Shown: positions 10,149 through 20,333, numbered from the stretch's first letter. The stretch is 64,000 nucleotides of DNA from Candidatus Levyibacteriota bacterium (GCA_016199085.1 JACQHJ010000002.1:31000-94999); one strand, 5' to 3'. The notes: a model not told the origin generated them from the letters alone. Program-made: numbers and translations.

Positions 10149-10442
10149 TTAATGAATAGCTCTAATTCTTCTTGCTGTTCTTAATGCGCCAGCTAATGTC
10201 CTAATGAGACTTTTTCCTTTTACGGGATCTTCTCGTCTTTTTTGTTTAACTTGATTAAGAAAGTCTCTTGTATAAATAATGCATCTATCGGGAAATTCCA
10301 ATCTATATGACATAGCAGTGTCATAAGTTACTATAAAAGCTGCCATAAACAGGGAATGGCCTCTTTTTTGTTCTTTGGGCAATATTATTTCCTCTTCGTA
10401 ATTGCTCCTTCTTGCAATTTGTTGTTTTTCATGATTTTGCAT
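10149..10442 (-). CDS. Small hypothetical protein
   Basis: 97-aa ORF; TATACT 8 nt upstream of ATG on the minus strand. Confidence 0.55.
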   Translation of the reverse strand: MQNHEKQQIARRSNYEEEIILPKEQKRGHSLFMAAFIVTYDTAMSYRLEFPDRCIIYTRDFLNQVKQKRREDPVKGKSLIRTLAGALRTARRIRAIH

Positions 10443-10490
10443 AAGAGGAGAGTATACAACAACTTAATAAAAAATGTTATACTCAAACTC

Positions 10491-11720
10491 ATGAGGTACT
10501 CGGGTCTTTTTCCAAAAACTTTAAAGACAGCTCCAAGCGGGGCAGAGTCTCTAAATCACAAATTATTAGTTAGAGCAGGATACATTGATCAGTTAATGGC
10601 AGGCTCTTTTACGTTACTTCCCTTAGGTTTTAGGGTTGTAGAAAAGATTAAAGAAATCATAAGGGAAGAATTAAATAAAACTGGAGCCCAAGAGCTTTTA
10701 ATGCCCCTACTTCATCCAAGAGATATCTGGGATCAAAGCGGAAGATGGTCCAAGCCTGAAGTAAGAAAGATAATGTATCAGTTCAAGGATATTCATGATA
10801 AAGAGTTCGGACTCTCTTTTACCCATGAAGAAATAGTTATGGACCTTCTTTCTAAGTTTATACAAAGCTATAAGGATTTACCCGTAAAGGTTTATCATTT
10901 TTCAACCAAATTCAGAAACGAACCAAGAGCCAAGTCTGGGATTTTAAGAGGCAGGGAATTTATGATGAAAGATTTATACAGCGCCCATACCACAGAAGAG
11001 GATATGTATTTGTATTACAACCAGATAAAAGATATCTATCCAAAGATTTTTAAAAGAATTGGACTTGAGGTAAAAGTCGTTGAGGCTAGTGGGGGCGTAT
11101 TTACGCCTTCCCACAGCCACGAATTCCAGGTTTTATGTAGAGTTGGAGAAGATACGATCTTTTACTGTGATAAATGTGATTTTGCCCAAAATAAAGAAAT
11201 TTTTCAAGGACAAGAGGGGAGTAAATGCCCAAACTGCGATGGAAAAATACTTACCGCAAAATCCATTGAAGTTGGCAATATCTTTCCTTTGGGTACGGAT
11301 TTTTCAATAAATCAGAAAGTTTTCTATACAGATGCCAATGGCAAACAAAACCCAATCTGGTTTGCAAGCTACGGCATCGGTCCAACAAGGGTTTTGGGTA
11401 CACTGGCTGAGGTTTTTAATGATGAAAATGGTCTTATTTTTCCCAAATCGGTCGCCCCGTTTGATGTCCACTTAATTAGTCTATCTAAAACCGAAGAAGC
11501 CAAAAAAATCGAGGAAGAACTTGAAAAAAACGGATTTGAAGTTCTATATGATGATAGGGAAGTAACGGCGGGAGAGAAATTTGCCACGGCAGATTTGATT
11601 GGAATTCCGGTAAGACTGGTTGTTAGCGAGAAAACCGGCGGGAAAATTGAATTTAAACAAAGAAATAAAAAGGAAAGCCAGCTTTTAACTTTAGAAGAAG
11701 TTTTGGAGAAATTAAAATAA
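10491..11720 (+). CDS. proS: Prolyl-tRNA synthetase (short bacterial type)
   Basis: THEE, KFRNEPRAKSGILRGREFMMKD and SYGIG motifs, anticodon-binding domain; start from TGtTATACT-N7-ATG. Confidence 0.96.
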   Translation: MRYSGLFPKTLKTAPSGAESLNHKLLVRAGYIDQLMAGSFTLLPLGFRVVEKIKEIIREELNKTGAQELLMPLLHPRDIWDQSGRWSKPEVRKIMYQFKDIHDKEFGLSFTHEEIVMDLLSKFIQSYKDLPVKVYHFSTKFRNEPRAKSGILRGREFMMKDLYSAHTTEEDMYLYYNQIKDIYPKIFKRIGLEVKVVEASGGVFTPSHSHEFQVLCRVGEDTIFYCDKCDFAQNKEIFQGQEGSKCPNCDGKILTAKSIEVGNIFPLGTDFSINQKVFYTDANGKQNPIWFASYGIGPTRVLGTLAEVFNDENGLIFPKSVAPFDVHLISLSKTEEAKKIEEELEKNGFEVLYDDREVTAGEKFATADLIGIPVRLVVSEKTGGKIEFKQRNKKESQLLTLEEVLEKLK

Positions 11721-12149
11721 CCCAAAGACCTTAGCCCAGATTACGATATAGGCTCCGAAGAATATCAACCCTCCGATTATAAATAAAAGCGGTAACATAT
11801 TTAATTTTTTCTTTTGTGTATTGGTAACCGAGGTAGAAGGAGATTGGGCAAAAAGACCGGAAGGGGGTTCAACGGTTGTAGTAGCAAAGCTTTGACCTAT
11901 TGGCGCAGCTTTATTAAGCGCAGGATCTGGTGCTTGGAGATTTTGACTAGGCACCTGCGATGTTTGCATAAGAGGAGTATTCGGTTGCGGAGTTGGGTTT
12001 TCCTTGGGAGGTTCACCGGCTGGTTGCGGAGCATTAGGTGCAGGTTGAGGTTGCGGGTCAGCACTTTTAGGAGTAAAATTACTTCCCATTACTCTTTCAT
12101 ATGCTTCTCTTAATTTCGGATCCAAATCATTAACGTTTTTAGGATTCAT
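11712..12149 (-). CDS. Pro/Gln-rich protein with C-terminal transmembrane helix
   Basis: LDPKLREAYERVMG N-terminus, low-complexity middle, C-terminal hydrophobic helix. Confidence 0.8.
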   Translation of the reverse strand: MNPKNVNDLDPKLREAYERVMGSNFTPKSADPQPQPAPNAPQPAGEPPKENPTPQPNTPLMQTSQVPSQNLQAPDPALNKAAPIGQSFATTTVEPPSGLFAQSPSTSVTNTQKKKLNMLPLLFIIGGLIFFGAYIVIWAKVFGLF

Positions 12150-12208
12150 AGGCAGTATGAGACTATTATACCGTTTTTAACTAAACTCTTGTCAAGGGGA
12201 GTATATGA

Positions 12209-12463
12209 TTAGGCGCCTGCAGGTAGGGGTCTTCCTCTGGCGGTTAATTCCTGTCTTCTTAAAAATTTTTCAACTTGTCCTAATGCTTGAGTTGTATCCT
12301 TTAATTTAGGACATGTTGACGGAGTTTGTTCCCAAACCGTCTGGGGTTGGACACCGGGACATATCCCTAAAGCATAAAAATCACAAGTTGTAAGACCGGT
12401 TGCGGATTCACCTCTTGCAGCAGCGGCTCTTGCCGCTAATTTTAATAATTCACATTCAACCAT
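12209..12463 (-). CDS. Small Cys-containing hypothetical protein (orphan class)
   Basis: 84-aa ORF MVECE...CDFYALGICPG...CP. Confidence 0.55.
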   Translation of the reverse strand: MVECELLKLAARAAAARGESATGLTTCDFYALGICPGVQPQTVWEQTPSTCPKLKDTTQALGQVEKFLRRQELTARGRPLPAGA

Positions 12464-12539
12464 ATATTCAAACCAAAAAATTATAGTAACTTTAACAGTG
12501 TTATGTCTGTGATAAATGTCTTAAAATTTGTTTTGGTAT

Positions 12540-13691
12540 TTAATTTGCTTGGGGTGAAATTTCTTCCGAATTGGGCAGAGAGGTTTGAGCATAATTACCA
12601 TCTCTTCGTAATGATTTTTCTACAGCTTGTCTGGCTTTCCCCAATGGATCCTTATTTCGTCCCAATGCTCGGTCTAAGAAGCTTCTTCTATGTCGAGGTC
12701 GCCAACCGTCTTGGATTCGCAATACTCCTAGCCTATGTTGTTGTCTAATTTTTTCATGTTCTAGGTTTTCGGCAGATAATGCTATCCTTCCAAAATTTGC
12801 TGTTTCAAGTCCTGCTGTTTTTGCCCCCATCTGGGATTTGGGAGAATTAAAATGCCACCATTCATCTGGATATGCTTGCAGGCCAACGTCTTTCATTATA
12901 TGATACAAAAGTCTTCTATTTCTTAAAGCCTCATTTTCCTCATCCGTAAGTGGTCTTTCTTGCGCTAATTGTTCAAAGTATGTTGAGGAAGCTTTTTCGC
13001 CGCCGTGATCAAATGGGGTCCCAAAATAAAGGTAGGCCCCATGGCTTTTAATAGTTGTCATTTCCATTTCTAGGTCATATCTATGCAAGTCTGTGTCTGG
13101 TAAATCTTTGATTTCCTCCTCAATCTCACTTATTCTTTGTGCTTGCTCATCTGGGACTCTTATGATTGCAAGATCAACCGCTCCGCCCGTATTGTGGGGA
13201 GAAGGTTTTGCTGGGTCGCTAGAGGGTAAAGAAACAAATTTTTGTGCCTCGGTCGTTAATTGTTCTTCTGTCCAATCAGGATGTAATTTTTGTAATTCTG
13301 AATAGTATTTTTCATATAAAGCTCCTTGTATTTGTAATGTTCTATATGCGTCATGGATTATTAGGAAATGGTTTCTTGGGAGGAGTGCTTGAGCTTTTTC
13401 CAGAGCCTCGGCAACACTTGGTCTTACAAACATAGTTGTCAAAGATCCAGGAAGTCTTTGCGGATCTACTAAGTTCTGGTCTTGCCTGTAGGGAGAGTTA
13501 TCTCTTTCTCCAGAGTAAATTGAATCAGTGAAGATTCTAGGATGGTTTGAAAAAGCACCTAATGGGACAAGGTAAGCATCTTCTCCTAGCTGTTCGGGTG
13601 CGATGGGGATTTCTTTCCAGCCAGCGACGCTTGGTATATTAAGAGGTATTGGAATATCTCTTCTATCAATTGAGGTTGATTTTTCAGGCAT
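12540..13691 (-). CDS. D-Ala-D-Ala dipeptidase, VanX/DdpX family (M15D), with long extensions
   Basis: DAYR, SPHNTGGAVD (SxHxxGxAxD), GTPFD and EWWH motifs. Confidence 0.88.
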   Translation of the reverse strand: MPEKSTSIDRRDIPIPLNIPSVAGWKEIPIAPEQLGEDAYLVPLGAFSNHPRIFTDSIYSGERDNSPYRQDQNLVDPQRLPGSLTTMFVRPSVAEALEKAQALLPRNHFLIIHDAYRTLQIQGALYEKYYSELQKLHPDWTEEQLTTEAQKFVSLPSSDPAKPSPHNTGGAVDLAIIRVPDEQAQRISEIEEEIKDLPDTDLHRYDLEMEMTTIKSHGAYLYFGTPFDHGGEKASSTYFEQLAQERPLTDEENEALRNRRLLYHIMKDVGLQAYPDEWWHFNSPKSQMGAKTAGLETANFGRIALSAENLEHEKIRQQHRLGVLRIQDGWRPRHRRSFLDRALGRNKDPLGKARQAVEKSLRRDGNYAQTSLPNSEEISPQAN

Positions 13692-13698
13692 AAGAAAA

Positions 13699-14589
13699 TT
13701 ATACTGCTTTTTTAATTAATATTTCTAAGAATTCATTGAAACTTAGGCCTACTGCCTTTGCTTCTTTCGGAAGAAGGCTTCCTTCGGTAAGACCTGGAAT
13801 TGTATTAACATCAATTGCGTAGGGAATATCTTTATAGACCATAAAATCGGTTCGTGAATAAGTTCCTAAATCAAATGCATTGTGAATCCTTAAAGTTAAG
13901 TCCTGTATTTTTTCCTGAAGCCCTTTATCTAAAGATGGGGCAAAGGGAATTTCCTTGGTAGTATTGTCGTATTTGACTTTATAGGAAAACCAGGTGTCTT
14001 TCGTAGGAACTATTTCGATAATCGGGAGTGCTTTCTTATTAAGTATTCCTACAGTTATATCATATCCTTTAAGATATTCTTCAACGAAAGTTGGAGTATT
14101 AAAGGAAAGTATCTTTTTAACATCGGCTCTATTTAAATCATCTTTTGTTTTTATAATAGCGACTTCTCTTGATGAACCTCCGTTTGAAGTTTTTAAAACA
14201 CAGGGAATACCAAACTTTAAAATATCATTTTTGTTTTTAACAATTTTCCATTTTGGAGTTTTAATGCCATTTTTATCGCAATACTTTTTAAAAGGAATTT
14301 TATACCAACCACCTTTAAGACCTTTATAATTTCTTGTTCCGACAATCGGTTTATTAATGCTTGCTAAAAATTTATGTAATTTTCCACCTTCTCCTTCTTC
14401 TCCGTGCAAAACAGGGAAGAGAACATCAAAATCTTTTGAAACCTTTTTAATAGGTAAATAACCGTTTCTTAGGTCGTACAACTTAACTTTATGTCCGTTT
14501 TGGATAAATGTTTTCTTAACATTTCTTGCAGAATTTAAAGAAACAGGTCTTTCCGAGGAATTGCCGCCTGTAATGATCAATATCTTCAT
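13699..14589 (-). CDS. ddl: D-alanine--D-alanine ligase family ATP-grasp enzyme
   Basis: GGNSSERPVSLNS, LHGEEGEGG, omega loop WFSYKVKY, RTDF and DVNTIPG motifs. Confidence 0.88.
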   Translation of the reverse strand: MKILIITGGNSSERPVSLNSARNVKKTFIQNGHKVKLYDLRNGYLPIKKVSKDFDVLFPVLHGEEGEGGKLHKFLASINKPIVGTRNYKGLKGGWYKIPFKKYCDKNGIKTPKWKIVKNKNDILKFGIPCVLKTSNGGSSREVAIIKTKDDLNRADVKKILSFNTPTFVEEYLKGYDITVGILNKKALPIIEIVPTKDTWFSYKVKYDNTTKEIPFAPSLDKGLQEKIQDLTLRIHNAFDLGTYSRTDFMVYKDIPYAIDVNTIPGLTEGSLLPKEAKAVGLSFNEFLEILIKKAV

Positions 14590-14678
14590 AAAAGGTTCTT
14601 TATATGTATCATTTTGATCCTGTTTTGTCAAAGTAGGGCTTTTAAATTGAAGCTAAAAAGCGTACAATAGTTAAATAA

Positions 14679-15578
14679 ATGAAAAGAATTGTTACCCATA
14701 CATCACCGGACATGGATGCAATCACATCCGTCTGGCTAATATTACGTTACCTCCCAGGCTGGGAGACAGCGGAGGTTAGATTTGTTCCTGCAGGAGACAG
14801 AATCGGAAACTTAACGCCTGATCAGGCAACAAAATTAACAGAGCCTATTGAAATAATCGGGGGAAACGAGGTTTTACAGGTTGATACTGGTCTTGGTCCT
14901 TTAGATCATCACCAGACATCTGACAAAAACACCTGTGGAGCATCGTTAACTTTTGATTATGTCAAAAAAACCATCAAAGATGGCGCAATAAACCCCGAGA
15001 AATTAGAGGCACTTACAAGAATTGTTAAATACGTTGTCGAAGTTGACCATTTCAAGGAAGTTTTCAGACACGACCCTTTGGCAAATTACCAAAACTTTTC
15101 CATAACGGACATCTTAGACGGCCTTAAATACCAGCATCCAAATGACGATAGATACTATGTTGAGTTTATCTCTCTTTGTTTGGACGCACTTGTCCATGAA
15201 TTGGAAAATAACTCTTTTGCTGAAAAAGAAATCAAAGAAAAAGGCATAGAATTTGAAACAAAATGGGGAAAAGGGCTTGGGGTTGAAACTATTAACGATA
15301 CTGTCGTTAAAATGGCACAGCTGATGGGTTACATAATTGTCGTAAGACGAGATCCGAGAAAAGGCTATGTCAGAATCAAGACAAAACCAGATAAAGACGG
15401 GGAAAAAGGAATTGATTTAACCCTGATTAGTGAGAAACTAAAGAAGATGGACCCAAATGCCACCTGGTTTTTACACGTTTCCAAGAAAATGCTTTTAAAC
15501 GGAACACCCAAAAACCCGAAGATGAAACCGACCAAGCTAACACTTAATGATATAATAGAAGTATTAAAAGGAGTGTAA
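14679..15578 (+). CDS. DHH/MYG1-like phosphoesterase superfamily protein
   Basis: IVTHTSPDMDA, VDTG.G.LDHHQ and WFLH motifs. Confidence 0.6.
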   Translation: MKRIVTHTSPDMDAITSVWLILRYLPGWETAEVRFVPAGDRIGNLTPDQATKLTEPIEIIGGNEVLQVDTGLGPLDHHQTSDKNTCGASLTFDYVKKTIKDGAINPEKLEALTRIVKYVVEVDHFKEVFRHDPLANYQNFSITDILDGLKYQHPNDDRYYVEFISLCLDALVHELENNSFAEKEIKEKGIEFETKWGKGLGVETINDTVVKMAQLMGYIIVVRRDPRKGYVRIKTKPDKDGEKGIDLTLISEKLKKMDPNATWFLHVSKKMLLNGTPKNPKMKPTKLTLNDIIEVLKGV

Positions 15579-15583
15579 TTTTT

Positions 15584-15994
15584 ATGGAAGAAAACTGTAT
15601 TTTTTGTAAATTAGTCAGAAAAGAAGTTCCTGTTAATGTGGTTTTTGAAAACGATGACGTTTTGTCATTTTTAGAACTTAACCAATCGGTTGAGGGGCAT
15701 GTTATGGTCATTTTGAAAAAACACGGCAAAAGCATTTTCGATTACGATGAAAAAGATTTAGGAAAACTGATGAGTGGGGTAAGTAAGGTAAGTAAAAAAG
15801 TCCAAAAAGCGTTAACGGCGGATTCTTTGACCATCGGAATTAACCACCTTGAGAAGCAAGGAGTGCCGCATTTGCATATTCACATTATTCCAAGACATGA
15901 AAACGATAAAGGTGGTATTATTCAGTCAATTGTTAGAGGAGAAGTTAAAAGATCAAGAGAGGAAATTACGCAAATGATTATTAATGCAAACTAA
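15584..15994 (+). CDS. HIT family nucleotide hydrolase
   Basis: CIFC and HLHIH histidine triad. Confidence 0.93.
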   Translation: MEENCIFCKLVRKEVPVNVVFENDDVLSFLELNQSVEGHVMVILKKHGKSIFDYDEKDLGKLMSGVSKVSKKVQKALTADSLTIGINHLEKQGVPHLHIHIIPRHENDKGGIIQSIVRGEVKRSREEITQMIINAN

Positions 15995-16014
15995 AAGGAG
16001 GTGTTTTTATTTTT

Positions 16015-16203
16015 ATGGTAGTAGTTAAAAAAATGCCCGGCGATAGCGACGAAGCATTAATCAGAAAATTTTCAAGAAAAGTAATTAACGAGGGAATTTT
16101 GCAGGAAGCAAAAAGACGCGAATTTTATCTAAAGCCCTCCCAGGCTAAAAAACAAAAAGAACAGGATGAAAGAAGGGCAAGAAGGTTGCCTAATGCCGCT
16201 TAA
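16015..16203 (+). CDS. rpsU: 30S ribosomal protein bS21
   Basis: LIRKF..GILQEAKRREFYLKPS; upstream AAGGAGGTG. Confidence 0.9.
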   Translation: MVVVKKMPGDSDEALIRKFSRKVINEGILQEAKRREFYLKPSQAKKQKEQDERRARRLPNAA

Positions 16204-16211
16204 TTTTAAAA

Positions 16212-16601
16212 ATGGATAAAAACGTATCGGTCCCAATTTTTGTTGAATCTAGATACAGAATAAACAGAAAGAAAATTAAACAGGTAGTAGTTAATACTTT
16301 GGCAAAACACCAAATCATAGGACCTGTCGAAGTTTCTGTTGCAATCGTAGGAGATCGAAAAATGAGGACGTTATCCAAGAAATACAAAAATGAAGATAAG
16401 ACCAGAAATATTCTTTCATTTTCCCAAACAGAAGGGGAGTCTATTAAAACACCAAAAGACACACTAAGACTTGGTGACATAGTCCTTTCTTTCCCTGTTG
16501 TTATCCAGGATGCTTCAAGAGATGAAATGTTGGTTGACGACAAAGTAAATGAACTCGTAGAGCACGGACTTTTGCATTTGCTTGGAATAAATCACGACTA
16601 A
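16212..16601 (+). CDS. ybeY: rRNA maturation endoribonuclease YbeY
   Basis: ILSF, LGDIV and HGLLHLLGINH motifs. Confidence 0.92.
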   Translation: MDKNVSVPIFVESRYRINRKKIKQVVVNTLAKHQIIGPVEVSVAIVGDRKMRTLSKKYKNEDKTRNILSFSQTEGESIKTPKDTLRLGDIVLSFPVVIQDASRDEMLVDDKVNELVEHGLLHLLGINHD

Positions 16602-16608
16602 ATAACTT

Positions 16609-17982
16609 ATGGTTTTTTACAGAAAGTACAGACCGCAAAAAATTGGAGAACTTGACAGCGAGGCTGTTAGAAACAGTTTATATTCAATTTTTAGTAAAAA
16701 GGAAACCCCCCATGCGTTTTTGTTTTCAGGACCAAAGGGACTTGGTAAGACTTCAGCGGCAAGAATTATCGCAAAAGTAATAACTTGCGAAAAACATAAA
16801 GATCTAAAAACTTTTAAGGATGAAAAAGAAATTGAACCGTGCAATAAATGCAGTCAATGCGAATCAATTAAAGAAGGCACAAACCTCGATGTTTATGAAA
16901 TAGACGGTGCATCTAACCGTGGAATTGACGAAATAAGAGACTTAAAAGAAAAGATAAATCTTTTGCCCACAAAAGCTTTTAAAAAAATTTATATTATTGA
17001 TGAAGTCCACATGTTAACGACAGAAGCCTTTAATGCTTTGCTTAAAACCTTAGAAGAGCCTCCCAGCCATGCCGTCTTTATCCTCTGTACGACCGAAAAT
17101 TATAAACTTCCAAAGACTGTTGTCTCCAGATGCTTTAGGGTTGATTTCAAAAAGGCAACTGATGGAGAAATAGTAAGATCTTTAAAAAGAATTGTTAAAG
17201 CGGAAAACATCAAAATTCAAGAGGACGTACTGCTAGAGATATCCCATCTGTCCGAGGGGAGTTTTAGGGATTCTGTCAAGATTTTGGAAGAACTTGTTTT
17301 AACTGCCGGAAGAAAAACAATAACCAAGGGCTTATTATCCAGCACCTATAACACTTTAGGCATAGAAAAAGCTTTGGATGATTTTATAAATGCATTAAGT
17401 AAAAAAGATACAAAAAAAAGTTTTGAGATAATTGCGCTACTCGTAGTAGGAGGAATGGATTTTAAGTTTTTTATAGAAAAACTAATCGACAGATTTCATT
17501 TCATGCTTTTGGTTAAAATCGGTATCGAAGAAAATCAAAGTGATGATTTTACATTGGAAGAAATAAAAAAAGCCTTGGAGCTTTTGGCAAAAGTATATAT
17601 GGACACAAAATTCTCAGTTCTCCCAAGTCTTCCTTTAGAGCTTTTGGTCGTTGAGTGGGGGCAGGAGCGTTCGTCAGATTTATCCCAAAGTGTTTCGGAA
17701 AAAACAGAAGTAAGGCAAGGCGCAGTAAATATAAAACCTAAGCAGACAGTAAATAATTTTTCAGACACTTTTATTAATGAAGTTAAAAATCATAATCATT
17801 TGGTGGCAGGAGTTTTAAGAAGTTGTGAGATAGAAAACGGAAAAGAGACTTTGGAAATTTATGCAATCTCGAAATTTCATAAAGATAAGCTTGAAGAACA
17901 AAAATCAATGGACATTTTATTGGAAGTTGCCAATAAACTGTTGCAAAAAGAGACAAAAATACATATAACTTTAAGGGGGTGA
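16609..17982 (+). CDS. dnaX: DNA polymerase III subunit gamma/tau
   Basis: YRKYRP, GPKGLGKTS, zinc-binding Cys cluster, IDEVHML and LLKTLEEPP. Confidence 0.96.
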   Translation: MVFYRKYRPQKIGELDSEAVRNSLYSIFSKKETPHAFLFSGPKGLGKTSAARIIAKVITCEKHKDLKTFKDEKEIEPCNKCSQCESIKEGTNLDVYEIDGASNRGIDEIRDLKEKINLLPTKAFKKIYIIDEVHMLTTEAFNALLKTLEEPPSHAVFILCTTENYKLPKTVVSRCFRVDFKKATDGEIVRSLKRIVKAENIKIQEDVLLEISHLSEGSFRDSVKILEELVLTAGRKTITKGLLSSTYNTLGIEKALDDFINALSKKDTKKSFEIIALLVVGGMDFKFFIEKLIDRFHFMLLVKIGIEENQSDDFTLEEIKKALELLAKVYMDTKFSVLPSLPLELLVVEWGQERSSDLSQSVSEKTEVRQGAVNIKPKQTVNNFSDTFINEVKNHNHLVAGVLRSCEIENGKETLEIYAISKFHKDKLEEQKSMDILLEVANKLLQKETKIHITLRG

Positions 17983-17989
17983 ACTTTTT

Positions 17990-18274
17990 ATGATAAATCC
18001 ATTTGGACAACTTTCGGAACTTAAAAAAATGAGGGACCAGGCAATGAAAATACAAAAAGAACTTCAGGCAGAGATTCTAACTGTAGAAAAAAACGGAGTG
18101 GAAATAACGATAACGGGTGATCAAAGAATCCAGGAAATAAGAACAAACGAAAGATCAGACAACGACATCAAGGAAGCGGTTAACGAAGCAATTAAAAAAT
18201 CGCAAGAAGTTGCTGCAAGAAAACTTGCCAGCATGCAGGGAGGTCTTTCGGGGCTCTTGGGGCAAGGACAGTAA
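17990..18274 (+). CDS. ybaB: YbaB/EbfC nucleoid-associated protein
   Basis: Size, AMKIQKEL/VEITITGD pattern and dnaX-recR context. Confidence 0.9.
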   Translation: MINPFGQLSELKKMRDQAMKIQKELQAEILTVEKNGVEITITGDQRIQEIRTNERSDNDIKEAVNEAIKKSQEVAARKLASMQGGLSGLLGQGQ

Positions 18275-18278
18275 GTTT

Positions 18279-19169
18279 ATGAAGTTTTTTTCAGGAAGCC
18301 AAAGCGAAAAGTTAACGCAAAAGGTTTGTAAAAATCTTAATGTCAAACTTTCTCCCATGGAGATATTTGTTTTCGGTGACGGAGAAAAAAGAATAAAACT
18401 AAACGACAATGTTGTAGGACAAGACTGCGTCCTAATTAAATCAACCGGGATACCAACAGACGTTAACTACATGGAGCTTTTCTTTATAATAGACGCTCTT
18501 AAAAGGTCTGGTGCAAAATCAGTTACTCTAGTTATCCCATATTTAGGCTACAGCAGACAAGATCATGTTTTTAGGGAAGGAGAAGATGTTTCTTTGCAGG
18601 TTATAATAAAAACCCTGGAAACTCTTGGAACGGATAAAATAATTACGCTTGATCTTCATTCAATTAAGATTGTGGAATTTTTCAAAGTGCCAATAGTTCA
18701 TCTCTCAGCACTTGAATTATTTGCCAAAGCAATTAAGGACTTTGAAAACTATGTTTTGGTATCGCCCGACATGGGTGGAATAAGAAGAGTAAAGATACTA
18801 AGTGAGTTTTTAAACAATGCTCCTTTTGTCACTATTGAAAAAGACAGGGATCTAAAAACAGCTGATGTGACGATGAATAAATTAAACGGAGAGGTAAAAG
18901 GAAAACTTGCAATTATCGTCGATGACATACTTTCCAGCGGAAAAACACTAAAGATGGCGGCAGATCTTTTAATAGAAAACAAAGCCACTGGTGTTTATTC
19001 TTTTACAACCCACGCAGTTTTGGCTGATGGTGCAGCCGATACTTTACAAGCCTCTCAAATTAAAAAAGTTTTCGTAACAGATACTATTGAGATTCCAAGA
19101 GAAAAACATTTCCCAAAACTTGAGATAATCTCAGTAGCCAACCTTATTACTAGAGCTTTAAGGGGGTAA
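18279..19169 (+). CDS. prs: Ribose-phosphate pyrophosphokinase
   Basis: FGDGE, PYLGYSRQD, DLH, VSPDMGG and VDDILSSGKT motifs. Confidence 0.95.
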   Translation: MKFFSGSQSEKLTQKVCKNLNVKLSPMEIFVFGDGEKRIKLNDNVVGQDCVLIKSTGIPTDVNYMELFFIIDALKRSGAKSVTLVIPYLGYSRQDHVFREGEDVSLQVIIKTLETLGTDKIITLDLHSIKIVEFFKVPIVHLSALELFAKAIKDFENYVLVSPDMGGIRRVKILSEFLNNAPFVTIEKDRDLKTADVTMNKLNGEVKGKLAIIVDDILSSGKTLKMAADLLIENKATGVYSFTTHAVLADGAADTLQASQIKKVFVTDTIEIPREKHFPKLEIISVANLITRALRG

Positions 19170-19185
19170 TTATTAGTTTACATTT

Positions 19186-19788
19186 ATGCAAATTCCAAAA
19201 ACAATACAAAAATTAATTGAATCGTTTGAAAAACTGCCGGGAGTTGGTCCAAAAACCGCCCAGCGATTAACTTTTTATCTTTTACACGTTCCTCAGACAG
19301 AACTAGATGAATTTGCTCTTTCTTTATCAAGCTTAAAGAAAAAAACAGTTATCTGTTCAATCTGTAATATGACCGATGAGGTAAACCCCTGCACTATTTG
19401 CAAAAATAGTCTTAGGGATAAAACAACAATCTGCGTAGTGGAACAACCATTGGATGTCTTGGCTTTGGAGAAAAACCAAAGATTTAAAGGCCTTTATCAT
19501 GTACTCCACGGTAAGATTGATCCTTTAAATAATATCGGGCCAGATGAAATATTTATTTCCTCACTATTACAAAGACTTAAGGGTAAAGGTGTTTCAGAGG
19601 TAATTCTGGCTACAAACCCGACAATGGAGGGAGAGGCAACTGCAATGTACATTGCAAAACAGATAAAAGCAAAAGACCTAAGAGTCAAGATCACAAGAAT
19701 TGGAAGAGGTCTTCCAGTCGGAGCTGATTTGGAGTATGCTGATGATATAACACTGCAGCGGGCAATGGAGGGAAGAAGTCAGTATTAA
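19186..19788 (+). CDS. recR: Recombination protein RecR
   Basis: LPGVGPKTAQR helix-hairpin-helix, C4 zinc finger, TOPRIM ATNPTMEGEATA. Confidence 0.97.
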   Translation: MQIPKTIQKLIESFEKLPGVGPKTAQRLTFYLLHVPQTELDEFALSLSSLKKKTVICSICNMTDEVNPCTICKNSLRDKTTICVVEQPLDVLALEKNQRFKGLYHVLHGKIDPLNNIGPDEIFISSLLQRLKGKGVSEVILATNPTMEGEATAMYIAKQIKAKDLRVKITRIGRGLPVGADLEYADDITLQRAMEGRSQY

Positions 19789-19789
19789 T

Positions 19790-20326
19790 ATGGATAAGGT
19801 AAGTCCAATAGGAGAATTATTAGAAAAAGGACAAAGTAATCTAACACAAACAGTAACTGACGTGACAAATTCGGTAAAATCGCAGGTTATCGGCGATCAG
19901 AAAGATCCTTTATCTCAAGCGCCTCGAATTTCCTTAGGAGATGGTCCAGTTCCGGTTGAAGATCCACAAATTTCGGCTCAAAGGACAAAAGCCGTTGTGA
20001 GTGATTTTTATGCCCCTTCAAGCGAAACTGTACAGGCTCCACCCCAAACAAACGAAGGAACTGATGAACAAAAGTTGACAAAAGTAAGACAGGAACTTTT
20101 GACAGAACAGGAAAAACACCAAGCACTGCATGAAGAGGTTTATTACAACCCTTTATTTGCCTATGAACAAAGAAAAGGTCAACAAGAAGAAAGACCGGCT
20201 GAAACGGCCCAAAGACAGCAAATGGAAGACCTACAAAAGAAACACGAACAAAAAGCCAAGACAGATGCGGATATTGCAACGCAGAGAGCCCAGCATCATG
20301 TCGAAATAAGGGCATCGGCGGGATAA
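19790..20326 (+). CDS. Hypothetical Gln/Glu-rich protein
   Basis: 178-aa ORF tightly packed between recR and cysS. Confidence 0.75.
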   Translation: MDKVSPIGELLEKGQSNLTQTVTDVTNSVKSQVIGDQKDPLSQAPRISLGDGPVPVEDPQISAQRTKAVVSDFYAPSSETVQAPPQTNEGTDEQKLTKVRQELLTEQEKHQALHEEVYYNPLFAYEQRKGQQEERPAETAQRQQMEDLQKKHEQKAKTDADIATQRAQHHVEIRASAG

Positions 20327-20333
20327 TTTTCTT

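Noticed and set aside
12540-14589. Bona fide VanA-type glycopeptide resistance operon
   Set aside because: There is no vanH, vanR or vanS nearby, and the ligase omega loop keeps KY rather than the VanA-type His signature.
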